Below are positions 7,680 through 15,756 of a stretch of 15,764 bases of DNA, piece by piece. The position numbers were made by a program, and so were the translations under genes. Origin of the DNA: an uncultured bacterium (GTDB lineage: Bacteria; Macinerneyibacteriota; Macinerneyibacteria; Macinerneyibacteriales; DSCS01); contig CAZJQC010000028.1 in assembly GCA_964548195.1 (NCBI GenBank), positions 1 through 15,764 of the forward strand, read 5' to 3'. Below the pieces are notes generated by a model. It had not been told where the DNA came from. It saw only the letters and a program-made list of their open reading frames with translations, and did not search any database. Position 1 is the first letter of the stretch. Each line of letters starts with the position of its first letter.

Positions 7680-8732
7680 TTATTTTTTTAGAATGACTAT
7701 GGATTGTGCGGCATCGGGTGTGTTCTCAGGATAGAGATTTTTAACCCAGTCGCCACTTCCTAAAATGAATGCAACGATGATATCATCATCGGCATGGATC
7801 ACAGTGAACCGGCCGATCATCTCGGGGATGTCTTTTACACTGTATCGATGGTCCATTCTCCCTGTGGCCTTATTAAAGCGGAATATCTCAGGTGTAAACG
7901 GTTTCCGTTCCACGGTGTTGTTTCTTACGTGTATCCTGGAGCTGATGTGAGGCGCGTATATATGTTCATCGGTGACTGCGAGGGAAGCGATGGTGAAGTC
8001 CCCTGCGATACTCGGCCCCGGATTTATTTTTGCCGGTTTGTATTCGCTTTCCAGTTTATAGGTGTATTCACCCAGTTTATTGAGGTCTTTGTCATATCGC
8101 TCGATCCTGTAAGGCGCGCTCAAACCGCCCAGGTAGATCTCTCCGTTATAGGGATCGCATGACACTACACCCCCTGAGAAAGTGGAGCCCACTTCCTGGA
8201 GAGTCTTACCTTTTCTGGGCACAGCGGCTGTCTGTTCTCCAGTGGCGAGGTCTATTTTCCCAATATAGACTGTGTCGATGGCGGCTGTGTACATTTTCTC
8301 CCCCATGATTTCAAATTCGATGACAATGCCTGTATCTTCGTTAAATTCCATGGAGTCAATGAAGTTGCCTTCAAAGTCAAATTTGGATATGCGTCTGAGC
8401 ATGAAGTCGGAATAGTAGATCCCGTTTTCATTGACTACTATGCCGAGTGAGTGTCTTGCTTCTCCAGGCCCGTTTCCACGTGGGATTTCAAAGCGAAGTG
8501 TCTCATTGCCGTCAAGATCCAATGCGCGCACTGCGAAATTGTCCCTGTACATCTGCACGTAATAGAGCTGACCTTCATAAAAAGCCATGCATGAAATTGC
8601 ATTTTCATTAGTAAGATCGGTCAGTTCCCATGCTTTTTCAACTTCAAGCAGGGAATTATCAACCACGATGTTCTTACCGCATCCCGCCAGAAATACGGTG
8701 ATCAGGATGAAATGGATCAGTGTTTTTTTCAA
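7680..8732 (-). CDS. Lipoprotein, predicted 6-bladed beta-propeller, paralog P2
   Basis: Likely TTG start at 8732 after AAGGAGG, with signal (M)KKTLIHFILITVFLAG-C (canonical lipobox) and the motif FEIPRGNGPGEARHSLGI. Confidence 0.85.
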   Translation of the reverse strand: MKKTLIHFILITVFLAGCGKNIVVDNSLLEVEKAWELTDLTNENAISCMAFYEGQLYYVQMYRDNFAVRALDLDGNETLRFEIPRGNGPGEARHSLGIVVNENGIYYSDFMLRRISKFDFEGNFIDSMEFNEDTGIVIEFEIMGEKMYTAAIDTVYIGKIDLATGEQTAAVPRKGKTLQEVGSTFSGGVVSCDPYNGEIYLGGLSAPYRIERYDKDLNKLGEYTYKLESEYKPAKINPGPSIAGDFTIASLAVTDEHIYAPHISSRIHVRNNTVERKPFTPEIFRFNKATGRMDHRYSVKDIPEMIGRFTVIHADDDIIVAFILGSGDWVKNLYPENTPDAAQSIVILKK

Positions 8733-8752
8733 ATTGCCTCCTTTTTGCATAA

Positions 8753-8781
8753 GTGACTTCCCGCGGGATATAATAGTTTCA
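8753..8781 (-). promoter_or_regulatory. ECF-sigma-like promoter motif upstream of P2
   Basis: Minus strand TGAAAC-N17-AGTCAC, ending 20 nt before the start codon. Confidence 0.45.
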
Positions 8782-8847
8782 GAAAACTTTTGTGAATATT
8801 AGGATAAGCTTAATAAGTCGAAGCGGGGCTGCCACAGAACTGGTCGG

Positions 8848-9091
8848 GTGGAGGTGACAGATTTCGAAGATATTCCGGGGGGAATGGGCTCCGGGGAGGT
8901 GACCTAGCAGAAATACGCGGTATTTACACATAACGTCAGCGTTGACAAAACTATCATCACATGTACAAGACATGGTTCCCCGGAGCGGATATGAGTTCGC
9001 GGAGAGGCCCGACCTTGAACTGAACGATGAAAGATTCGATCTTCGGGACCCGGAGAAATCGGAAATGGGCATTTATATACCGATCAGATAA
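8848..9091 (+). pseudogene. Remnant of a GyrI-like (AraC effector-binding) domain gene
   Basis: Three frames join up as VEVTDFEDIPGGMGSGEVT*QKYAVFTH / YHHMYKTWFP / SGYEFAERPDLELNDERFDLRDPEKSEMGIYIPIR*. This matches the GyrI-like pattern IPxGM...YAVFTH...WxPxSGY...E.Y...IYIPI. There is a TAG at 8905-8907 and two frameshifts. Confidence 0.8.
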
Positions 9092-9208
9092 TGCCATAAA
9101 GCAATGTTTTCACATATTTGCCGTTATCTGTTTATATATCATCCGGCTTGCGTATGTGGAAAAGGATGCTAATATATAATAGTGTAAATAGCGCTGGTAA
9201 GGATGTAA

Positions 9209-12067
9209 ATGGGATTATCAATATCCGGGGGTAAATTGAGTGGTCGTTTTGCGGAGGACCTCTCCCCGGTGGTCCGTGATAAGGCGACATATTGGTTGAA
9301 AGACGTATTTATCCTCCTGCTCCTTGTGGTTACTCTTATAGTATTTATTGATCCGGCCGAAGCCGCGGAACTTTTAGTGAAAGGCGACCATAATTACCCT
9401 CCCTTTGAATATTTAAACGAAGATGGCCTTCCGGATGGCTTTAACGTGGATGTCATGAATGCAGTCGCCCGGGAGATAAGATTGGACATTAAGATCGAAC
9501 TTGGCTCTTGGGTCACCGTCCGGCGGGAGATAGAAGAAGGTAAGATCGATGTTCTTCTGGGCATGTACAAGACAGAGGAACGGCAAAAAAAGATCAGTTT
9601 TTCGATGCCTCATTTTATAACGTCATATGCGCTTTTTGTGCGGAAGGATTCAAAAATCAGGGACCTTGACGATACAGGCGGAAGGACGATCATCGTACAA
9701 AGCGGTGATCTTAGCCATGATTTTTTGATTGAAAATATGCCGAGCGATAAGATCATCTTTAAGGACAACGTGGAAGATGTGTTGAGGGACTTGTCGCGCG
9801 GCGCAGGTGATTGTGCCATAGCAGGACGGCTTCAGGGCATGATTATGATAAATAGCAGAAAGTTAGACAATCTAAGGACCACCGGAGGACCGCTTTTCCA
9901 GGCGGAATATTGTTTTGCGGTAAAGAAAGGAAATGAGGCGCTGCTTTCCAAGATCAACGAGGGCCTTGCTATAATCAAAAATACCGGTGAATATGATGAG
10001 ATATATAGAAATTGGTTCGGCCCGTACGAAACATGGCGCTGGCATTATCGAAAGGCTCTGCGTTTTCTCATGCTGCCTTTTATACTGGTTGCCCTGGCAG
10101 CCATTATCTTTTTCGCATGGGTTCATTTCCTGCGCCGCATGGTGTCGGCGCGCACCAAGGAGTTGTTTGAGAGCCGTGAAGATCTCAGGATAACACTGAA
10201 CTCCATTGGTGATGCGGTAATCGCAACAGACATAAACGGAACGGTCAAACGCATGAACCCCAAGGCTGAAGAACTTACCGGGTGGACTGCTTCTGATGCC
10301 AAAGGCAAAAGACTTTCCGAGGTCTTTGTGATAGTCGGGGGAAAAACAATGGAAAGAGTGGCCAATCCCTTTGACAAAGTCATGGAAGCGGGGGAGACTG
10401 TGGGGTTGGCAAACGACACCATACTGATATCCCGCTCCGGGGTGGAGTATCAGATCGCGGATTCGGGCGCTCCGATCCGTGACGAAAACGGCATCATCAG
10501 CGGAGTCGTGCTTGTATTCAGGGATATCACGGCGGAATACAGGGTGCGGGAGCTTCTTTTGGAAAGCGAGGAGAAATTCCGCCTGATGTTTGAAAACGCG
10601 CCTATCGGCATTGTGCTCAGTGAGCCGGACGGCCGTATAAAGTCATCAAACTCATTTTTCCGGGGCCTTACGGGATATACGAAGGCGGACCTGGAAAAAA
10701 GGAATATGATCGACCTGGCTCATCCCGGGGATCAAAAGCTGGTGCGGGATAATTACAACGATATCATGGAGGGCAAAAAGCGGGCCTTTGACATTGAAAA
10801 ACGCCTTGTTTGCAAAAACGGTTCGGTGATCTATCTGCATATGACAAGCTCCATAGTCTGCGATGCCGGCAACCATCCCGTTTTCGGTATTACAGTATTC
10901 AAGGACATATCGCTTTGGAAAAAAGCCGAGGCGGAGCTTCAAAAAATGGAAAAGCTGAAAAGCATAGGGACTCTTGCCGGCGGCATCGCGCATGATTTCA
11001 ACAATATACTGACGGGTATTTTCGGCAATATCTCGATCGTCAAAAGCCGTTTGTCCAAAGGAAGTGCTGAATACAGACATCTTGAGGAAGCGGAAAAATC
11101 GATGGGGCGGGCGACTTTTCTCACAAAGCAGCTTCTGACCTTTGCCAAAGGCGGCATGCCGGTGAAGGAAAACGTCAGCCTGTACGATATCGCGGAGGAG
11201 ATCGTGCGTTTTGACCTCTCCGGCAGCAGCGTAAAGCCCCATTTGACGAAGCAAAGAGGGCTGTGGATGGCGGAAGTGGACAGGGGCCAGATACAGCAGG
11301 TTTTTTCCAATCTTACCATAAACGCGAGAGAGGCGATGCCTGACGGCGGAAACCTGTATCTATCATTTGAGAACCGCCGTATGGGGGAGAATGATCTCCC
11401 CGGCATCAGGGCCGGCAAATACGTGAAGATCACTGTGAAGGATGAGGGGATGGGGATCAATACAAATTATCTTGACCGTATTTTTGACCCCTACTTCAGC
11501 ACGAAGCAGACAGGCAGCGGCCTGGGGCTGGCGACGACCTATTCCATAATAAACAGACACGGCGGCCGTATAGAGGTGGACTCTCAACAGGGACAGGGCA
11601 CGGAGTTTACCTTATATATCCCCGCATCCTCCAAAATAAAGACAATTAAGGACGCGTATGCTTTTCAGGCGTATGCGGAAGAGCCTGTGAAGGCAAAGGT
11701 GCTTGTGATGGACGATGAAAAGATCATCTGCGAGGTCGTGACGGCCATGCTTAACGAAAGCGGTTTTTCCGTGTGCTGCGCAACTGACGGGAAACAGGCT
11801 GCGGCCATGTATGCAAAAGCTCTGAAAACGGATATGCCTTTTGATCTTGTGATATTGGACCTCACTGTACCGGGAGGCCTTGGGGGAAAAGAGACGATAA
11901 ATCTGATACTGGAATCGGATCCGGATGCGAAGGTGATCGTATCAAGCGGTTATGCGGACGACCCCGTCATGGCAAAGTACAGGGAATATGGGTTTAGTGG
12001 GATCGTCGCCAAGCCGTATACGTATGAAAAATTGCTTTCCGTCATACGTGAGGCACTAAGGAAATAG
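9209..12067 (+). CDS. Hybrid sensor histidine kinase (substrate-binding domain, TM, 2 PAS, HisKA, HATPase, receiver)
   Basis: GDHNYPPFEY...GFNVD marks a family-3 periplasmic binding domain, followed by a TM helix. PAS domains begin at TLNSIGDAVIATD and FENAPIGI. The H-box is LAGGIAHDFNNIL, then NLTINAREAM, DEGMGI and FDPYFSTKQTGSGLGL. The receiver reads VLVMDD...ILDLTVP...SSGY...KPY. Start codon uncertain (9209, 9269 or 9296). Confidence 0.93.
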   Translation: MGLSISGGKLSGRFAEDLSPVVRDKATYWLKDVFILLLLVVTLIVFIDPAEAAELLVKGDHNYPPFEYLNEDGLPDGFNVDVMNAVAREIRLDIKIELGSWVTVRREIEEGKIDVLLGMYKTEERQKKISFSMPHFITSYALFVRKDSKIRDLDDTGGRTIIVQSGDLSHDFLIENMPSDKIIFKDNVEDVLRDLSRGAGDCAIAGRLQGMIMINSRKLDNLRTTGGPLFQAEYCFAVKKGNEALLSKINEGLAIIKNTGEYDEIYRNWFGPYETWRWHYRKALRFLMLPFILVALAAIIFFAWVHFLRRMVSARTKELFESREDLRITLNSIGDAVIATDINGTVKRMNPKAEELTGWTASDAKGKRLSEVFVIVGGKTMERVANPFDKVMEAGETVGLANDTILISRSGVEYQIADSGAPIRDENGIISGVVLVFRDITAEYRVRELLLESEEKFRLMFENAPIGIVLSEPDGRIKSSNSFFRGLTGYTKADLEKRNMIDLAHPGDQKLVRDNYNDIMEGKKRAFDIEKRLVCKNGSVIYLHMTSSIVCDAGNHPVFGITVFKDISLWKKAEAELQKMEKLKSIGTLAGGIAHDFNNILTGIFGNISIVKSRLSKGSAEYRHLEEAEKSMGRATFLTKQLLTFAKGGMPVKENVSLYDIAEEIVRFDLSGSSVKPHLTKQRGLWMAEVDRGQIQQVFSNLTINAREAMPDGGNLYLSFENRRMGENDLPGIRAGKYVKITVKDEGMGINTNYLDRIFDPYFSTKQTGSGLGLATTYSIINRHGGRIEVDSQQGQGTEFTLYIPASSKIKTIKDAYAFQAYAEEPVKAKVLVMDDEKIICEVVTAMLNESGFSVCCATDGKQAAAMYAKALKTDMPFDLVILDLTVPGGLGGKETINLILESDPDAKVIVSSGYADDPVMAKYREYGFSGIVAKPYTYEKLLSVIREALRK

Positions 12068-12094
12068 GGGCTGAGACAGTCGGGATCTTGACAT

Positions 12095-12118
12095 AAGGAG
12101 GGCTTCCGCCCTCCTTTA
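12095..12118. terminator. Probable bidirectional terminator between the kinase and P3
   Basis: AAGGAGGGC-TTCC-GCCCTCCTT hairpin between convergent stop codons, with short T-runs. Confidence 0.7.
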
Positions 12119-12126
12119 CTATGATG

Positions 12127-13182
12127 TCATTGCTTTTTCAATACCACGACGGATTGAGTCGCGGCAGGCGTGTCTTGCGGATAAAGTTCTTTTACCCAAT
12201 CGCCGAAGCCGTCCAGTACGGCGACTATTTTTTCGTCATCGGCGTACAGAATCGAGAACCCGCCTTCAACTCCCGTTATGCCTTCGATGAAATACTTCCT
12301 GTCGAGTTTGCCGGTACTCTTGTCAAAGCGGAAAAGTTCCGGCGTGAAGGGTTTTGACTCATATTGATTGTTGCGTATCACAAAAATTGCGCTGATATGC
12401 GGGGCATATATGTGCTTTTCGGTTATTGCCATGGAAGATATTGTGAAATCTCCTGCGATATTGGGGCCGGGATATATCTTTGCGGGTTTATATTCCTTCT
12501 CAAGGTTGTATGTATATTCGCCGAGCTTTTTCAGATCTTTGTCATAGCGTTCTATTTTATAGGGAGCGCTCATCCAGCCCATGTAAATCTCGCCGTTATA
12601 CCGGTCGCATGCGACGATCCCGCCCGACACGGTTGAACCGATCTCCTGCAGCGTCTTTCCTTCGCGGGGTATCAATGCGGTCTGGGCGCCGGTGCCAAGG
12701 TCGATCTTCCCCATATATACCGTATCAATGGCGCAGGTATACATCTCCGACCCCATGATATCAAAAAAGACCACGATGCCGGTGTCTTCACTGAAGTCTA
12801 TGCAGTCGAGATAATTACCCTGCAAATCGAACCTCGATATGCGCCTTAATGCAAAATCCGAGAAATATATGCCTTTTTCATTGGCGACGATGCCAAGCGA
12901 GTGACGGGCTTCACCGGGTCCGTTTCCGCGCGGTATCTCAAAACGCAGCGTCTCATTGCCTTCGAGATCCAGCCTGCGTACGGCAAAATTATCCGCATAA
13001 GCCTGGACATAGTAGACTTCATCGTTGTAATAAGCGGTGCAGGATACGCTGTTGGAACCCGTAAGCGAATCAAGCTCAAAAGCCTTTTGGACCTTGAGCG
13101 GTTCCGTGATGACGGGCGCATTTTTCGCGCAACCGGCGGCGATGGCCGCGATAACGATGAGAGGGAATAAAATTCTTCTCAT
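12127..13182 (-). CDS. Lipoprotein, predicted 6-bladed beta-propeller, paralog P3
   Basis: SD AAGGAGGA, signal MRRILFPLIVIAAIAAG-C and motif FEIPRGNGPGEARHSLGI. Colinear with P1 and P2. Confidence 0.87.
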   Translation of the reverse strand: MRRILFPLIVIAAIAAGCAKNAPVITEPLKVQKAFELDSLTGSNSVSCTAYYNDEVYYVQAYADNFAVRRLDLEGNETLRFEIPRGNGPGEARHSLGIVANEKGIYFSDFALRRISRFDLQGNYLDCIDFSEDTGIVVFFDIMGSEMYTCAIDTVYMGKIDLGTGAQTALIPREGKTLQEIGSTVSGGIVACDRYNGEIYMGWMSAPYKIERYDKDLKKLGEYTYNLEKEYKPAKIYPGPNIAGDFTISSMAITEKHIYAPHISAIFVIRNNQYESKPFTPELFRFDKSTGKLDRKYFIEGITGVEGGFSILYADDEKIVAVLDGFGDWVKELYPQDTPAATQSVVVLKKQ

Positions 13183-13207
13183 TTAATCCTCCTTGTTGAT
13201 TAAATAC

Positions 13208-13236
13208 AAGACAAAAAAACGAATGTCATTGTTTCA
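13208..13236 (-). promoter_or_regulatory. ECF-sigma-like promoter motif upstream of P3
   Basis: Minus strand TGAAAC-N17-TGTCTT, ending 25 nt before the start codon. Confidence 0.55.
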
Positions 13237-13277
13237 ACCTACCGTCTTAATTTTTTCTGTTTATTTTTAATATTTTA

Positions 13278-13772
13278 GTGATTATACTCATCCCCATGAA
13301 ACGTATCAAACCCATCACTGAAGCCCTGCCCTCGCAATTGCTTAACATGACGGAGATGCTGAATTTTGACGACAAGCTGCGCGAGGATCTGGGCATGCAG
13401 GGCAGTGACATGGTGACCGTCGCGGATTTTGTGCTTTTTAATGCGGAGTGGTCCAAAGGCAAGGGCGCAGAGATATTCATGATACTTGACGATGACGGCG
13501 AAGCCGCGGGCATGATCACCCTGACATCGTCCAAAGACGGACGCGGCCGCTGCGGATACTGGGTGGGGACCCGGTATAGGGGCAGAGGGCTGTGCAGCGA
13601 GGCGTTTGCGGAGATCGTCGAGACCGCGCATGATCTGGGACTGGCCTCTCTGAACGGCACCGTGTCCAAGGACAATGACTGTTCCATGCGCATCTGGGAA
13701 CACTATTCGCCGGATATGGAGGACAAGGGCCGCAATTACAGCTTCACCATATTTTTGAATGGCCGGGAGTGA
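13278..13772 (+). CDS. GNAT family N-acetyltransferase (RimJ/RimL-like)
   Basis: GMITL...CGYWVGTRYRGRGLCSEAF is the acetyl-CoA motif A, and VSKDNDCSMRIW is motif B. Start may be GTG 13278 or ATG 13296. Confidence 0.82.
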   Translation: MIILIPMKRIKPITEALPSQLLNMTEMLNFDDKLREDLGMQGSDMVTVADFVLFNAEWSKGKGAEIFMILDDDGEAAGMITLTSSKDGRGRCGYWVGTRYRGRGLCSEAFAEIVETAHDLGLASLNGTVSKDNDCSMRIWEHYSPDMEDKGRNYSFTIFLNGRE

Positions 13773-14181
13773 GCAGCTCAAGCCATTCGTTTAAGTTGCT
13801 TATAAGCCAGGCGGCCTGATCTTCGTCGCCGTTTTTATCTTTATATGTGATCACCAGCAGTTTTCGAAATCTTGTTTTTCCAAGAAACGATGTTTTTACA
13901 TCTATATCAAGTATTGAAGATAGCGGGATAATAAGCTCTTTTTTGGGCAACAGCATCTCGAAATAGATATGATCGAAGAAAAGGGCGAGGATTCCGTTTC
14001 CGCGTATCTGGCTCATGCCTGCGGAACGCAGGCCGAAGAAGTTGGCTCCGGGCGAGAGCAGGCGCGTTGTCCCCATCGCGCTTATGTGGGTCGAGATCTC
14101 GCGGTATCGGAAACGTATATACAGCACGAAGATAATCAGGAGTACTATCAATGATATGATAAATCCGATTGCCATTACCAT
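13744..14181 (-). CDS. Hypothetical protein with N-terminal membrane anchor (possible PH-like fold)
   Basis: G-rich SD and a hydrophobic N-terminus IGFIISLIVLLIIFVLYI followed by RFRYR. The body ANFFG..S.G..QIRGNGILAL....IYFE...ELIIPLSSI looks PH-like; the fold is an inference. Confidence 0.72.
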   Translation of the reverse strand: MVMAIGFIISLIVLLIIFVLYIRFRYREISTHISAMGTTRLLSPGANFFGLRSAGMSQIRGNGILALFFDHIYFEMLLPKKELIIPLSSILDIDVKTSFLGKTRFRKLLVITYKDKNGDEDQAAWLISNLNEWLELLTPGHSKIW

Positions 14182-14347
14182 ATGACCCCCCTTTTACTAA
14201 TATATGTTAAAAACGGGACGTTTCAAGCCGAATATAGGGAAACGGATAGATCATAAGTATGATCAAAAAGACAGTATCGGAAGTGTGAATTCTATAAGCG
14301 TAAGCATTCAAGCTCCCCTAACATGCTGAGGAATCATGATAAATCAC

Positions 14348-15280
14348 TCAGTCAAGAGAGAAGGGTTTCAGTGTAAGCATGCCGTATTTTTCATTAAAGG
14401 ATGCTGTGTAAGTAGTATTATAATATTCGAACAAGTTTTCAAGATCATAGTGTATTTTTATTTTTGCCGGATCATATGCCAGATATGGTGTTCTGCCTTT
14501 TTCAGAACGCAACTGTATTATAATTTTACCATCAACAGAGGTCGTCGCTGTTTGTTGTACCCACGGATTTTGCATTTTTATGCCGTTATACCGGAAATCT
14601 TTGTAAAATACAGTGTCAAAACCTGCTGCTTTCAAAAAAGATTTTAACGGGATACGCTGCTCTTGTCCCGTATTAAGATCAAAAATATAAAGAGCAAACT
14701 CATGCGCAGCCACTTTAAATACATAATTATTTATGACTCCCCAGACAAAGTCCTTGCTTTTTAATCCGGCGGAGCCTGGTGTCATGTTATTATGCCCGAT
14801 CTTTCTTAAGATGTTGAGTTTTGTATCGGTGATTATAAAATCTTGCCCGGTGACTGATGCTGATTTGAAAATATACCCGTTTGGGATGATTTGAAAAGAT
14901 TCTGCTGCAAAATCAAGATTAAATTCATCCATATAATTTCCAGAAAGGTCCCATATCATTACTTTCATAAGTCTGTTATCAAAGACAGCAACATGTTTTT
15001 GGAGCCAGTCATAACGTATTTCAGGCCAATCGAGCATGCTTTCACCGGGACCTTTCCCTTTCCCTGGGCGAACAACACCCAGTCTTTTCCCGTTTTTGAG
15101 GACCACCGCAGAAATCTGATTGGGCGAAAAGGATGCGGCTGTTACACCTATAAGAGAGTTATTGTTTCCACTTATGTGAAGAAACATGTCAAAATCGTTC
15201 ATGAGTATATTTTCTTCTCCCTTGACAAAGAATGTAATGAGACATAATGCAAAAGTCATGGAAAATATTTTTTTTAGCAT
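14348..15280 (-). CDS. Secreted protein, probable beta-propeller (distantly related to P1-P3)
   Basis: Signal-like MLKKIFSMTFALCLITFFVKG without a lipobox. GKGKGPGES...VAVFDNRLMKVMIWDLSGNYMDEF parallels GKGPGEA...YFSDFALRRISRFDFEGNYED in P1. Start is ATG 15280 or TTG 15286. Confidence 0.75.
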   Translation of the reverse strand: MLKKIFSMTFALCLITFFVKGEENILMNDFDMFLHISGNNNSLIGVTAASFSPNQISAVVLKNGKRLGVVRPGKGKGPGESMLDWPEIRYDWLQKHVAVFDNRLMKVMIWDLSGNYMDEFNLDFAAESFQIIPNGYIFKSASVTGQDFIITDTKLNILRKIGHNNMTPGSAGLKSKDFVWGVINNYVFKVAAHEFALYIFDLNTGQEQRIPLKSFLKAAGFDTVFYKDFRYNGIKMQNPWVQQTATTSVDGKIIIQLRSEKGRTPYLAYDPAKIKIHYDLENLFEYYNTTYTASFNEKYGMLTLKPFSLD

Positions 15281-15287
15281 AATCAAC

Positions 15288-15315
15288 GGGGAAAGCCGGC
15301 TATTCCCCTCCTCCT
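15288..15315 (-). promoter_or_regulatory. SD sequence separated from the start codon by a GC-rich hairpin
   Basis: Minus strand reads stop TAA, AGGAGGA, [GGGGAATAGCCGGCTTTCCCC], GTTGATT, ATG. Confidence 0.55.
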
Positions 15316-15531
15316 TTACGGTTGTTCTTGTTGAGCGTTATACAGTACTTCTGTAACCCTTATATCATCAAGTTCATTGCTGTACTCTGTCATAACATAT
15401 CCTATACATCTTTTGCCGTCCATGATGGGGCGCACACTCTGAACACACCAGTCATCGGCTGCAAATATTGTTGATGTTGCTGCCATGATTATACAGGTCA
15501 AAATCAAAACACTCATCAGCGTTTTTTTCAT
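15316..15531 (-). CDS. Small secreted peptide (71 aa) with a Cys pair
   Basis: Strong SD AAAGGAGGT and Sec-type signal MKKTLMSVLILTCIIMAATSTIFA. The predicted ~47-aa mature part carries C29 and C42 flanking an IMDGKR turn. Confidence 0.75.
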   Translation of the reverse strand: MKKTLMSVLILTCIIMAATSTIFAADDWCVQSVRPIMDGKRCIGYVMTEYSNELDDIRVTEVLYNAQQEQP

Positions 15532-15578
15532 AGTCCCACCTCCTTTCTCTTTAGGTCAGTACATACCGGTATTTTGGT

Positions 15579-15609
15579 AGTTTATCCCCCCCCCCTCCAA
15601 AAAAGTCAA
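15579..15609 (-). promoter_or_regulatory. sigma70-type promoter with a G10 homopolymer in the spacer
   Basis: Minus strand TTGACT (15609-15604), spacer TTTTTGGA-G10-A (19 nt), then TAAACT (15584-15579). The tract is C10 at 15586-15595 on the plus strand. Confidence 0.6.
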
Positions 15610-15756
15610 GGGAAATACTTTAATTTTTTTCATTCTCTTCCCTGGTTTTAAAAGGTATTTGGATGTGCAATTGATTCTGGACGACGTGAAAAATATGTTT
15701 AGGGTGTGTGCGGCATGGTTGAAAAAACGGGTTGTCCGGATATATGATAAGATATC

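Noticed and set aside
13744..13772. 29-bp convergent overlap of the GNAT and membrane-protein genes as an antisense or TA pair
   Set aside because: Short 3' overlaps are common, and the GNAT is RimJ/RimL-like with no adjacent RHH antitoxin.
14199..14226. TGAAAC upstream of the 145-aa membrane protein gene as a fourth ECF-type promoter
   Set aside because: There is no GTC element at the right spacing. It reads better as sigma70 TTGAAA-N16-TATATT.
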